From an uncultured Gemmatimonadales bacterium (lineage in GTDB: Bacteria; Gemmatimonadota; Gemmatimonadetes; Gemmatimonadales; Gemmatimonadaceae), in contig CAWKMU010000003.1 in assembly GCA_963850905.1 (NCBI GenBank), positions 256,001 through 320,000 on the forward strand: DNA of 64,000 nucleotides, read 5' to 3'. The notes beneath the pieces are model-generated. The model saw nothing but the letters and a program-made list of their open reading frames with translations. It did not search any database and was not told the DNA's origin. The position numbers and the translations under genes were made by a program. Shown piece by piece: positions 29,446-39,741 of this stretch; within the stretch, counting starts at the first letter, position 1; every line of letters starts with the position of its first letter.

Positions 29446-31938
29446 TCACGCTGCCGAGCTCGTCATCGCCGCCTCCGACCCGCCACCCATCGGCGCCGCG
29501 TCCGGTGGCAAGCCCACCGGTAGCTGTTCCCGATCGGTCTGCTCGACAACCGAACATCCGCGATCCTCATCGTAGCGCACCGTGACCACGCGGTCGAGCC
29601 CCTCGCGCACGTAGTCGATGTGCGTGATCAGAATCACTTGCTCGAATCGGTCGCGCAGCCGATGCAAGAGCTCTATCACATTGTGCCGTCGCACGTCGTC
29701 CAGCGACCCGAACACCTCGTCCAGGATGAGCAGCGAGAACGACTGTCCCGCTCGCTCCGCGATCATTTGCGAGATCGCCAGCCGCAGCACGAGGTGTGCC
29801 AGATCCTCCTCGCCCCCCGAAATCACGGGCTTCGGCACGCCGTCCTCGAGCACGATGACGTTGTACTGATCGTCCAGCTCCAACTCCGCATATCGGCCCT
29901 CGGTGAGGTCGCTGAGGAAGCCGCTGGCCAGCTCGGAGACCTCCGGGCGCAGTGCGAAGTTGAGATCCGTGCGCAGGTCGGAGAACGCGCGGTCCAGCTC
30001 ATCGTGCAACCGCTTGTCTCGCTGCAGCGCGTCCAGCTTGGTCTGCAACTTGTCCAGCGCGCGCCGACTGGCTTCGGCACTTTCGACCGCGGTACGCGCC
30101 GCCGCCACCTCGGAGCGCGCCGTCGCCGCCGCGATCTCCGCACCGCGCGCTTCCGCCGACGCCCGTTCGTGCTGCGTACGCGCACGTCCTGATAGGCCGT
30201 CTCCGAGAACCGGATGCTGTCCCGCCGCGTGCGCATTTCTTTCAATCGCGTCGAAGACGCCGGCCGCCGCCGCCTCGACCCGCGCCCGCTCACGCGCCAG
30301 TTGCGGCTCGCGCTCGACCAGCGCACCGAGTCGGGCAGCGCGCGCGTCCAGCGGCGAGAGTCGCTCGACCTCGCTCTTGAGATACGTATGCCGGGTCGCG
30401 TCGTACCCCGCCGGGATCGCCGCAATGTCTCGCGCCAACACCGCCTTGCGCTGCTCCTTGCTCGCCACATCCCGCCCCACCTGCTGCAGCTCCTGCACGG
30501 CGAGCTGCGTCTTCGCCAGCTTGCGCTCCAGCACCCCCACCTCTTGCGTCATCCCTTTGCGCCGCTCGTCGAGCGCGCGAACCTCCGTCGGCATCTGCTC
30601 GAGTTGCTCGAGACGCGCCCTGAAGTACGCGCCGTCCACCTGCACGGTCTCGGCCTGCTCTTCGAGCAGGTCGAGCACGCGTGCGCAAGTGGCCGCCGAG
30701 CGGTCGCGCACACGTCGGGCACTGACCTTCCTCACCCGCGCGACACGAGCCGCTCGCGCTGCTGGCGCATGTCGACGTACTGGACACGCAACGCCTGGAG
30801 CTTCGTTTCGGCCTCCTGACGGTCCCGTACCCACTCGGTGCGCCGCGCCTCCAGCTGCCCTTGTGTCTCCTCGAGCTCGCCGCGCCGCGCCTCGAGTGCG
30901 AGCGTCACTTCCTCCTCGAGCGCCGGCGCTGGCTCGAGGGTGCCGCGCCGCTCGCGCAGCCGCGCCAGCTCTTCATCGACCGACCGCTCGGTCTCGATCA
31001 GCGTCTGACGCCGTCCTTCCTCTCGATAGGACTCGTCCGCGCGCTGCAGCTCCCCCACGAGTCCCGCGTACCCAGCCAGCTCGCGGCGCAACGGCTCGAG
31101 CTCGGCCCGCGCGGTCGCGACGTCCGCCAGCTCGTCGCGTGATCCGCTCCCCGTCACGCACCAGCGACTTCTTCGTCCCGCTCCGCAATCTTGAGATCGG
31201 TCAACAACTCCTGCAGCCGGTCGCGCTCACGCTGCACGTGCTCCCACTCGGGCGTCACCGCCGACAGCGCGAGTTCGGCCGCACGCTCCCGCTCGTCCGC
31301 GTCGGCGCAGCCGCCGCTTGGCCGCCGTCCAGCCGAGCCGCGGCCTCCGCCTCGATCCGCTCGATCGTCTCGCGGTCCGGCATGCCGGCGCGCAGTCCGG
31401 CCGTCTCCGCGGTGATCAGCTTGCGCCGGTCCCGGACCAGGTCCTGCGCCGTACGCAGTTTCTCGTACCCGAGCACCCGCGACAGAAACTTGGCCCGATC
31501 CGACGGGCCCATCGCCGCCATGACGTTCAGTTCTTTCTGGGCCGTGAAGTACGTGTTGAAGAACTCGGCGCGCGTCATCCCGAGCCGCCGCTGCAGCAGA
31601 TCCGTCACGCCGGTGATCGAGTTCGCGATCGGCTGCCCGGCGCCGTCCAGATACAGCTCCGCGTTCGTCAGGCCGCGTATGACCCGATACCGGTGCCCCG
31701 CCAGGTCGAAGTCCAGCTCGACACGCACCGTGGCCCGCGACGCCGCCCGATTGTAGCGCAACGACTCTCGTGTGCCCCGGGCGGCACTGTTCCCGTAGAG
31801 CGCCCACGCGACCGCCTCGAGGATCGTCGTCTTCCCGGACCCGTTGGGACCGATGATGCCCGTCAGTCCCGAATCGAAGCTGATCCGGCTGTCCGCGTGC
31901 TGGCGGAAGTTGATGAGGTGCAGGCTGTTGAGCCTCAC
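29446..31938 (-). CDS. sbcC: Rad50/SbcC SMC-family ATPase (several frameshifts)
   Basis: Walker A GPNGSGKTT, Q-loop FTAQ, zinc hook CPTC (30290..30787 frame), signature ISGGE, ILDEVFGSLD, ITH; GTG overlaps the sbcD stop. Confidence 0.9.
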
Positions 31939-33137
31939 GCCTCCCCCTCCCCCGCATCGGACGCCACCGCGGCGACACTCACCGCCTCGGCTTCGGCGAG
32001 ATATCGGAGCCCGAGATCGACCAGCGCCGATCGATCGATGTCGGCTTCGAGCAGACGGCTCTGCAGCTTGTCCCGCACGATGTCGGCCAGTGACGGTCGG
32101 CGCCCGGGCGCACCCTGTGAGTGCAGGCGAATCACTTCCGGGCGTCGGGCATCGAGCTGGAAGTGCAGCGCCCGCCGCCGGTACTCTCGCAGCGAGTCGG
32201 TGATCGAGCTCGCGAACGATATGACGCGGGAATGTCGCGCACGACCAGTCGCACGATCTTGCCCTCGATCCCTCCTTCACACCGATCGACTGCGTCGGCG
32301 ATCCGTGCGTCGGCGTCGGCTGCCAGTGAGGCCACGCGCCGATATCGCGCTCAGGTCGACGAGCGGCCGCGGAAGCGCAATCGGGTGAAATCGATGCCGG
32401 CGAGTCTCCAGGTTGTACTCGATGAACCCCTTGCCAGCTACGCCGGTCGCGCGCTCCTCGATCAGCTCACCCCACGGATTCGCGCTCGTGTAGTCCAGCG
32501 ATCCGGAATAGAACGCGTTGGGGGCGATGCTGCGGTAGACATGGTAGTGGCCCAGCGCGACATAACTCCATCGCTCGGCAGCCAGCTCCTCCTTCGTGAC
32601 CTCCATCGCCGATCGATCGGTCGCGGCCGCCGCGCCCGGGAACATGCCCTCGACCTCGCCGTGCAGCAGCAGCACGTTGTACCGGGCATCGGGATCCGGC
32701 GTCAGTGCCGGTCGGTCTCCGAGAACATCGGGGACGGCGAGGATCGAGACACCGCGGTCCGGAAACGTGAGCCGGCCGGCCGTCGAATCCACGACGTGAA
32801 TGCCGAGCGGGGCGAACAACCGGAGGATGCAACCCGTTTCCGCGGCACGCGGGGTGTCGTGGTTCCCGGCGACCATGACGATCGTTGAGTCCGGGAGCGC
32901 CGCACGAAGTCGGGCGAACTGCTCGAATGCGTGCAGGATGGCCGGATTCGTCGGCCGCACCGTGTGAAAGATGTCGCCGGCGAATAGCACGAACTCGGGC
33001 TCGAGACCGATGGTCGCATCGATCGCCCGTTTACACGCGAGTGCAACATCCGCCTCGCGTTGGTTGATTCCACTGGGCGTGAGGCGCTGGTACTGCCGAT
33101 AGCCCAGGTGGAGATCGGAGAGGTGGACCAGCCGCAT
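31935..33137 (-). CDS. sbcD: Mre11/SbcD metallophosphoesterase nuclease (frameshifts near 32190-32330)
   Basis: SDLHLG, AGDIFH, GNHD, LLHG, ALGHYH and YSGS motifs. Confidence 0.9.
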
Positions 33138-33149
33138 GCGTACCGCAAT

Positions 33150-34034
33150 CTAGGGGCGATCGACAGCCCGCAACCACTGTGTGGCCGTCATTCGCATGCG
33201 CCCAGGGGACTGGTTCGAGCCCGTCGGCGGCTGCATGTCGTACTGCACGTCGATGGTCGCGTGCCAATCGGTCAGCCACCCGCGGCGGCGGTCGATCACC
33301 ATCGTGCCCGCCAATGTCCCCCGGGTCGTCACCGTCGCCCCGCCAACGGCAGCGTTCACGCGAGCCCCACCAAGCGGTCCGTGAACCGAGACGTACGCCA
33401 GATCAGACCCATCCGCAACGGAGTCCAGTCGGAACTCCAGCTTGATCTCGCCTCCCTGGCCGTACCCCGCGCCGGCTGGAAGCTTCATGGCCCGGACCCA
33501 GCGCTGCCCGACCTTGACGGGGTCCCGCGGGAAGGTCACGGGCAGGTCCCGCAGCACCTCGCGCAGGGCCGAGCTCACGCTGTTGGTGCTGTCGAGGAGT
33601 GTCACGGCACCGTCGGGCGCTACGTGCAGCAGCACGTGACTGCCATCGACCGGCCGGCTTCGCCGCGGCGCGGGCTCCGGTCCTCGATCATCGATGCGCT
33701 CCGTCGAGACCGAATCCGTCACCTGCATGACCTCCGTGCCGGAGGTGTCCGCGCGCTCGACGATCATGCGCTGCAGCACCACCCACGTCGTCGTCACGGC
33801 GGTCGCGGCGTCTCCCAGAGCGGCCTGGCCCGTCCGGGTGATGTTCATCTCCTGATCGAGCCGCATGTGCAGCGTGTCGCCCGCGTGCGGGCGCAATTGC
33901 AGCAGGACCTGCTGCGCCTGCAATCTCGACGCCCCCGCGACCATCACCGGGATGAGCATCGCGCGCACCCAGGAGCTGCGCGCGTATCGATTGAGACCCA
34001 GAAGGCTGGAACGGCGCACTGCCTCGCCCGTCAA
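33150..34034 (-). CDS. Hypothetical exported beta-rich protein inside the repair operon
   Basis: Signal-like segment ending LQA-Q; FPRDPVKVGQRW; overlaps the herA stop; start uncertain. Confidence 0.7.
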   Translation of the reverse strand: MTGEAVRRSSLLGLNRYARSSWVRAMLIPVMVAGASRLQAQQVLLQLRPHAGDTLHMRLDQEMNITRTGQAALGDAATAVTTTWVVLQRMIVERADTSGTEVMQVTDSVSTERIDDRGPEPAPRRSRPVDGSHVLLHVAPDGAVTLLDSTNSVSSALREVLRDLPVTFPRDPVKVGQRWVRAMKLPAGAGYGQGGEIKLEFRLDSVADGSDLAYVSVHGPLGGARVNAAVGGATVTTRGTLAGTMVIDRRRGWLTDWHATIDVQYDMQPPTGSNQSPGRMRMTATQWLRAVDRP

Positions 34035-36067
34035 ACGCCGTACGGATTGGCGCTAGGCAGCGCGTGCAGCGGCACCAGGAACTCCGGCTGCGCAGCCGGG
34101 CGCGTCGGCACGATGCGTCGGAGGTGGTGCTGAATGAACGCGCGCACGTCGTTGGGCTTCCTGAGCTCTGCCAGCTGACACGCCTGCAAAACCTCCTCGG
34201 GCTCGTACAGCTCCGTGTGCTGCTTGACCCATTCCAGCGTGATCGTGGAATCGAGTCGGCGCAGGCGGCGCGTTACCGCCACAGCGGGCGGCACAGGCTC
34301 CGCCGCCGGGAACCGTTCGACCCCCTCACGGCCCGAGAGGACCGGTGGCCGCGGAAACCGAACGAAAATTGGCTGCGTGAAATGCGGATGACGTACCATC
34401 AATTGCCCTTTCTCAAGCGTTGCGAGCTTCGTCCGGATCGCCGGACTCAGCACCGCGTATCCCGGCGACGCGAGCTCGTCGGCATCCATGCGCCCGAAGA
34501 CCTGCGTGCCCGCGTTCCCGACCACTCGGCGATGCACCTGTGACCGAAATTGCTGCGCCCCGAACAGAACGAGGCCCAGGTAGCGCCCCCGCTCCGCCAG
34601 GTCGAGCAACATCTTCCGGACATACGTCTCGGGTCCATCGGCTGGCGCGTAGCGGTTGAGCTCGTCGACAAAGACCACGAGGTGCTTCACGCCAAGGTCT
34701 CGCCGCTCGAGGTAGGTGCGTAACTGCGACACCACGCGCGCAAAGATCAGATCCTGCGCGTCCTGCTCGAGATTGGCGACGTCGATCACATACACCGTTC
34801 GATCGCGAAAGTGCCCCCACGGCAGGTCGCTCGCGTCGGCTGCAGGGGTCACCAGCCCCGCGCACCGCTGGGCAATGTTGAGCAGCCGGTTCCGAATCTT
34901 CCGCAGCGTCGCCACGTGATGCGTGCGCCAGCTCTCGTGATTGCGCTGCTCGAGCGCCTCCAGCAGGTCGCGAAACCACTGTTCGAGATCACTGAACGAC
35001 TGCACGGTATAACTACCGCTCAGCAACGGGTCGGTGAACTGGCGACCCACGACTCGCTCGCGAATGAAGTCGATCAACGCATCCGCCTTCGCGTCGACGT
35101 CCTCCCGATTCAGCAAGACGTTGGCATACTCCATGACTTCGCGCAGCCCCCACGCCAGCGGCGTCACGTTGTGCTCGAGGGCCTCGTTCGACCGCAAGGT
35201 GTTGAGGGTGTACCCTTCGGCGCGATACGGCGCGTAGTACTGCACGTCGCGGAACGGCGTGGCCGGTACGCCGAGCTTCTCGTACAACGCACGATCGGCC
35301 TCTCCGAGATCGGTCGCCGGCTGATCGAGAAAGCAGAGGTCTGGCCCCTTCACATTGAAGCAGACAGCCGCGACCGATTTGTCCGCTGGAAAGTGGGCGA
35401 AAATCGATGCGAGCAGCCACTCGACCGCGCTCGTCTTGGTCGCGAGACCGGAGACGCCCGTCACAGTGAGATGCGCCGCTTCGGGACCCAGCAGAAAGTC
35501 CGCGTCGAGATAGACCGGTGCGTCGATCCCGCCGCCGTGGTAGACCCCAATGGGGATCGCGGTGCGTGAGGCGCCCGCGATGTACCCATCCATACGGAGC
35601 GCACACGCAACGTCATCATCGTCGGCCAGAAAGACGGTCCCCATCGGAACCGGCTGCATGGGTTCTTCCGGCACCTGACGCAGCACCGCCGCGGTATAGA
35701 GCCGGATCTCCGTTCGCTCCGTCGTTGCCAGTGGCGCGTGCGCCGGGGACCCATCGAACCCCATCACATCGTGGAGCGGCGACTGCAGGTCCGTGTAGCC
35801 GATCGCCTCGACCACGACACCATAGACTCGCGGCACGACCCCATTGACCGCTGGTCCGCCCTCCACCCGCACGATCGTCCCGATCCCCACCGCTGCATCG
35901 AGCGCCGTCCAAAAATGAAACTCGTGCGGTGTGCTGGGTCGTCGCTCCGTCGCGACAACGCGCCCAAGCGGTTCAGGCGGTTCAAGCGGTTCAAGCGGTT
36001 CAAGCGGTTCAAGCGGTTCAAGCGGTTCAAGCGGTTCAAGCGAACTATGGGTCTCGTGTCCGTCCAC
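34031..36067 (-). CDS. herA: HerA/FtsK-superfamily DNA translocase (bacterial HerA)
   Basis: N-terminal HAS-barrel-like region, variant Walker A HLTVTGVSGLATKTS, Walker B FVDELNRYAP, RGRYLGLVLFGAQQ; AAGGAG RBS. Confidence 0.88.
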   Translation of the reverse strand: MDGHETHSSLEPLEPLEPLEPLEPLEPLEPPEPLGRVVATERRPSTPHEFHFWTALDAAVGIGTIVRVEGGPAVNGVVPRVYGVVVEAIGYTDLQSPLHDVMGFDGSPAHAPLATTERTEIRLYTAAVLRQVPEEPMQPVPMGTVFLADDDDVACALRMDGYIAGASRTAIPIGVYHGGGIDAPVYLDADFLLGPEAAHLTVTGVSGLATKTSAVEWLLASIFAHFPADKSVAAVCFNVKGPDLCFLDQPATDLGEADRALYEKLGVPATPFRDVQYYAPYRAEGYTLNTLRSNEALEHNVTPLAWGLREVMEYANVLLNREDVDAKADALIDFIRERVVGRQFTDPLLSGSYTVQSFSDLEQWFRDLLEALEQRNHESWRTHHVATLRKIRNRLLNIAQRCAGLVTPAADASDLPWGHFRDRTVYVIDVANLEQDAQDLIFARVVSQLRTYLERRDLGVKHLVVFVDELNRYAPADGPETYVRKMLLDLAERGRYLGLVLFGAQQFRSQVHRRVVGNAGTQVFGRMDADELASPGYAVLSPAIRTKLATLEKGQLMVRHPHFTQPIFVRFPRPPVLSGREGVERFPAAEPVPPAVAVTRRLRRLDSTITLEWVKQHTELYEPEEVLQACQLAELRKPNDVRAFIQHHLRRIVPTRPAAQPEFLVPLHALPSANPYGV
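35965..36042. repeat. 9-bp tandem repeat (CAAGCGGTT), 8 units plus a partial, in the herA 5' end
   Basis: Directly visible; encodes (LEP)n on the minus strand. Confidence 0.95.
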
Positions 36068-36180
36068 TCTCACCTCTCCTTGTCTGTCTCCGTCCCCTTT
36101 CTACGGCCACGCCAGCCCCGTTCCCGTTCCATCAAGGCCTTGTCACGCGGCACCATGCCAGCAGCTCGGTTAGCCTCTCC

Positions 36181-36219
36181 AACGTCCAGCGTCTAGCGTC
36201 CAACGTCTAGCGTCTAGCG
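36181..36219. repeat. Heptamer tandem repeat (CGTCYAG)
   Basis: About 5 degenerate units; same family at 54361-54421. Confidence 0.8.
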
Positions 36220-36221
36220 CC

Positions 36222-37205
36222 TTACATCGTCGCCCGCAGCATCTCCTTGCAATCTCGGATGCCATACGCCAACGCGTGCCACTGCGGGTCGGGCAGCGCG
36301 ATCGGCACCCGCTCCGCCAACACCCACCGTGAAATCTCGTTCGCGCGATCACTCGCTGTGTCCGACCCTCCAGCCGCACATTCGATCCGTACCAGCCCCC
36401 ACATCGGCTCATGGCCCATGGCGTCGCGCAATCGCAGATACCAGCTCCACACCGGCGTCCAGCGGCCTGACGAGACCAGGAAGACCGTCGTGCGCTCCCC
36501 TTGTCGGAGCGCAGCAAGCCGCGACACCGCCTCACCACCCCCATACAGCACGTGATGCCGCTGGACGACCCCAACACTCTTGCCTGACGTGGCGACGTGC
36601 TCCTTTCCCGCGATCGCGCCGTCAATGTACAGCGGCGCGTTCTCGGAGTCGCACCACTCCTCCGCCAGCGCGCGTTCCAGCCGCTCGCGGCGCGCCTCAA
36701 CGCACCGACGTGCGCGATCGATCAGCACCGCTGGGTGCGCGCCCTCGGCGGACACACCCTGATCGGCGTCGGCGAGACGAGCGCTCGTGTCGATCACCTC
36801 CACGCCGTCGTCGGCCAGGCGCTGACACACCGCCGGCGCCAACACGGTGGGTGCATAAACCGCCTCGTGCTTGCGAACCCCTCGCCGCCAGGTGACGAGA
36901 CGGCGGTCTCGGCGCGCCCGAATCACGGCCGCGGCAACGCCATGGACGATCGGCACACCACGGTCGTACATCAACACACGGCTCGTTTGGGCGCCGTCGA
37001 GAAACCCGCCAAACATCTCGGTTGGCGGGCCGGTCACCTCCCGCGCCTCGAGCTCGCCGCCCTCGATCACCGTGGCAGCGGCCAAACGTGGTGACTCGGT
37101 TGCCGCGGGAAGCGTCTCCAAGGTGGGACCGCCGCGATCCGTCCCTCGGAGGTGTGGCGCCCACTGACCGAGCAAGCGCTGCACACTGCGGAGGCTTGCG
37201 TCCAT
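36222..37205 (-). CDS. nurA: NurA-like nuclease (RNase H-like fold)
   Basis: GFLDGAQ and LYIDGAI acidic motifs, LRQGERT, SWYLRLR...GLVRIE; directly upstream of herA. Confidence 0.75.
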   Translation of the reverse strand: MDASLRSVQRLLGQWAPHLRGTDRGGPTLETLPAATESPRLAAATVIEGGELEAREVTGPPTEMFGGFLDGAQTSRVLMYDRGVPIVHGVAAAVIRARRDRRLVTWRRGVRKHEAVYAPTVLAPAVCQRLADDGVEVIDTSARLADADQGVSAEGAHPAVLIDRARRCVEARRERLERALAEEWCDSENAPLYIDGAIAGKEHVATSGKSVGVVQRHHVLYGGGEAVSRLAALRQGERTTVFLVSSGRWTPVWSWYLRLRDAMGHEPMWGLVRIECAAGGSDTASDRANEISRWVLAERVPIALPDPQWHALAYGIRDCKEMLRATM

Positions 37206-37221
37206 TGACCCTACACGACGC

Positions 37222-38241
37222 GTGACAACAGGATACGGAGACGCCGGGTTGAACCGGCGGGCGGTGTTCTCGCAAACGGCGGCCCGCTCGGCCGTCGCCG
37301 CCGCAATGTGGCTAACGGTAACCGTCACCGCAGGATGCAACAAGGCGAACGCGGGCGACACCGCGCCGTCGATCCCGGCCGGCCAGGAATTGGACCTGCG
37401 CAAGCATCCGCCGATCCTGTTCGAGGTGTTCGGCGAGCGCGACGATCCTCGGATGGTGCCGCTCGCCTCGTTGGACAATGGGAAATTGCGACCCATTCGT
37501 CTCTCACCCGGTGGGTGGCGGACCTTCGACCGCCTCTACCACCGTCCGGGCGCTGCCTACACCGTGTATCAGGACGGGCGCCCGGTGGGCCAGGCGACGG
37601 TGAAGCAAGGGATGTGGTCCCGCCCTGAAGCGCCGCTCTACACGCTGCCCAATTGTCAGAGCCTCATTCCACTCGCAGCGGTCAGCATCGACGCCAACGT
37701 GAAAGCCGGGATCACGGTCGAGTTCCTGGCGACGAGCGTGGATCTGCCACCGGCGCACGAGAGCAGTCCGTTGACGACCAGCGAAATGGTCACGCTCGCG
37801 CGAGACGTCGGAGCCAAAGTCGCCGAAAAGGCGCACATCCCGCGCGCGCGACTCGACTCGCTCGACTTTCGCGCGCTGGCCGTCAACACCGGCGCAACTG
37901 CGGACCCGACGCTCATCGTTTCGTACATCGACCCAAACGCCGAGGAAGCTGCCTCCCGCGGCGACAAGACGTCATACCTGTTCGCGATCGCCGACAAGAT
38001 CGCCGGCGACTACACCCCAACTTTCGCCGCGACCGTCAACGGGTCCGCCGCGAAAGCGCTCTACCGGCGCTACGTGGACCACATCGACATCGACGGCAAC
38101 GGCGTCGACGCCATCGTGCTCGAAGGCTGGCAGTACGGCGGCGATACCTACCCGATGATCATGCGCTACAAGGACGGGCGCTGGGTCGAGATCTTCCGGG
38201 GCACGACCAATTGGTGCTTGGAACAGGGAACAGGACGTTAG
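37222..38241 (+). CDS. Hypothetical lipoprotein
   Basis: Lipobox-like VTAG-C; DIDGNGVD Ca-binding-like motif; start uncertain. Confidence 0.7.
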   Translation: MTTGYGDAGLNRRAVFSQTAARSAVAAAMWLTVTVTAGCNKANAGDTAPSIPAGQELDLRKHPPILFEVFGERDDPRMVPLASLDNGKLRPIRLSPGGWRTFDRLYHRPGAAYTVYQDGRPVGQATVKQGMWSRPEAPLYTLPNCQSLIPLAAVSIDANVKAGITVEFLATSVDLPPAHESSPLTTSEMVTLARDVGAKVAEKAHIPRARLDSLDFRALAVNTGATADPTLIVSYIDPNAEEAASRGDKTSYLFAIADKIAGDYTPTFAATVNGSAAKALYRRYVDHIDIDGNGVDAIVLEGWQYGGDTYPMIMRYKDGRWVEIFRGTTNWCLEQGTGR

Positions 38242-38308
38242 ACGTTGGAAAGCCAGACCTCGAAATCGGGACGGGAAACCACCGCCCGCGCGTTCCCCTG
38301 ATGGGCGG

Positions 38309-38333
38309 GTAGGGGCGACGCATGCGTCGCCCC
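38309..38333 (+). repeat. GTAG-type REP element
   Basis: GTAGGGGCGACGCATGCGTCGCCCC. Confidence 0.85.
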
Positions 38334-38351
38334 ACGATGTCGCATAAAACA

Positions 38352-38384
38352 CGAGGCCAGTCACCCACATAGTGACTGGCCTCG
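38352..38384. terminator. Hairpin between convergent genes
   Basis: CGAGGCCAGTCAC / GTGACTGGCCTCG 13-bp perfect stem. Confidence 0.6.
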
Positions 38385-38428
38385 CCGCGTGTTGAAGTTC
38401 CCCGACCCCTGATCCCTGACCCCGCCGT

Positions 38429-39616
38429 TCACCTCTTCCCAATCAGTTCCACCACCCGCTTCACGCCCTCCACCACCGTCTCCATGGGCGCGGCGTAGGA
38501 TGCACGGATCCAGTTCGGCGTGAGAAACGCCGCGCCGGGCACGACGGCCACCCCGTGCGCGTCCATGAGCTCCGTGGCAAACGCAGCACCGTCACGACCC
38601 ACGTTGATGTAGAGGTAAAACGCGCCCCCGGGCCGCACATACTGGACCCGCGCCGCGTCGAGCAACGCGAGCGCGGCGTCGCGGCGCGCTCGGAATTGCT
38701 CGACCATGGCAGCGATCGCCGGCTCTGCTGCGGCCACGTCGGTCAATGCCGCGAGGGCGGCGTGCTGCGACATGCTGGCGGCGTTCGACGTGGTATGCGA
38801 TTGGAGCGCGCCCATCGTCTGCGCCACGGCCCGCGGCGCGACCGCCCAGCCGATGCGCCAACCCGTCATCGCGTACGCCTTCGCGACGCCGTTCACGTAC
38901 ACGACTCGGTCGCGTTCGGTGACCACGTCGAGGACGGACGAAGCCGCATGCTCGTATGCAATTCGGCGATAAATCTCGTCCGAGATGATCCACCATCCGC
39001 GCTCGCCGGCGACCGACGCGATGTCGCGCAACTCCTGCTCGGTGTAGACGGCGCCGGTTGGATTGCACGGCGAGTTGAGGATGAGGCCGCGCGTCCGGGG
39101 AGTCGCGGCAGCAACTAGCTGTGCGGCGGTCGCCTTCAGTCCGCGCGACTCTTCGCCGAACACCGGCACGGCCTTGGCCCTCGCCAGCGAGACGATCTCG
39201 TAATAGCTCGTCCAGGCCGGCGTTGGGATGAGGATCTCGTCGCCCTCTCCAAAGAGCACGAAGCACGCGTTGAATAGCGCCTGCTTCGACCCATTCGACA
39301 CGACCACGTCCGCCGCGGTGACTGGATCAGGCCCGCGGTAGAGCGTGTTGGCCTCCGCGGCGATCGCCTCCCGGAGCGGCTGAATCCCTTCCGTCGCGGT
39401 GTATCGGGTCGCACCCGCCGCCACAGCCCGCTCCGCCGCTTCGCAAATGAAGCGAGGGGTCGCAAAATCGGGCTCGCCGGCCCCAAGGTCGAGGATCCTG
39501 CGCCCCGCCGCTCGGAGCGCACGCGCCCGTGCGGACACGGCGATGGTCGCGGATTCCTTGAGCTGGGCAACGTTTGCGGAGGGTGTAAACGAGGCAGGCG
39601 CTGCTGTAGCAGTCAT
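38429..39616 (-). CDS. Class I/II PLP-dependent aminotransferase (aspartate aminotransferase-like)
   Basis: GEPDF, NSPCNPTG, SDEIY and KAYAMTGWRIG motifs. Confidence 0.93.
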   Translation of the reverse strand: MTATAAPASFTPSANVAQLKESATIAVSARARALRAAGRRILDLGAGEPDFATPRFICEAAERAVAAGATRYTATEGIQPLREAIAAEANTLYRGPDPVTAADVVVSNGSKQALFNACFVLFGEGDEILIPTPAWTSYYEIVSLARAKAVPVFGEESRGLKATAAQLVAAATPRTRGLILNSPCNPTGAVYTEQELRDIASVAGERGWWIISDEIYRRIAYEHAASSVLDVVTERDRVVYVNGVAKAYAMTGWRIGWAVAPRAVAQTMGALQSHTTSNAASMSQHAALAALTDVAAAEPAIAAMVEQFRARRDAALALLDAARVQYVRPGGAFYLYINVGRDGAAFATELMDAHGVAVVPGAAFLTPNWIRASYAAPMETVVEGVKRVVELIGKR

Positions 39617-39741
39617 GAGAGCAGTTTAATCCGGTAGAGGTATCTTCTCGGTCCCAAGCCTTCTACTATCCAACTTCCTTAAGTCTACTTTGTACTTTCT
39701 GTAGGTCTACTTTCTCGGGCGCGAAGCGCCCGGGGGGCGAG

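Noticed and set aside
35965..36042. CRISPR array
   Set aside because: Units are contiguous 9-mers with no spacers, and no cas genes were seen
35929..36210. ORFs with AVQ-, GSS-, RFK- or NRL-repeat peptides
   Set aside because: They are alternative frames of the 9-bp repeat; only the LEP frame joins HerA
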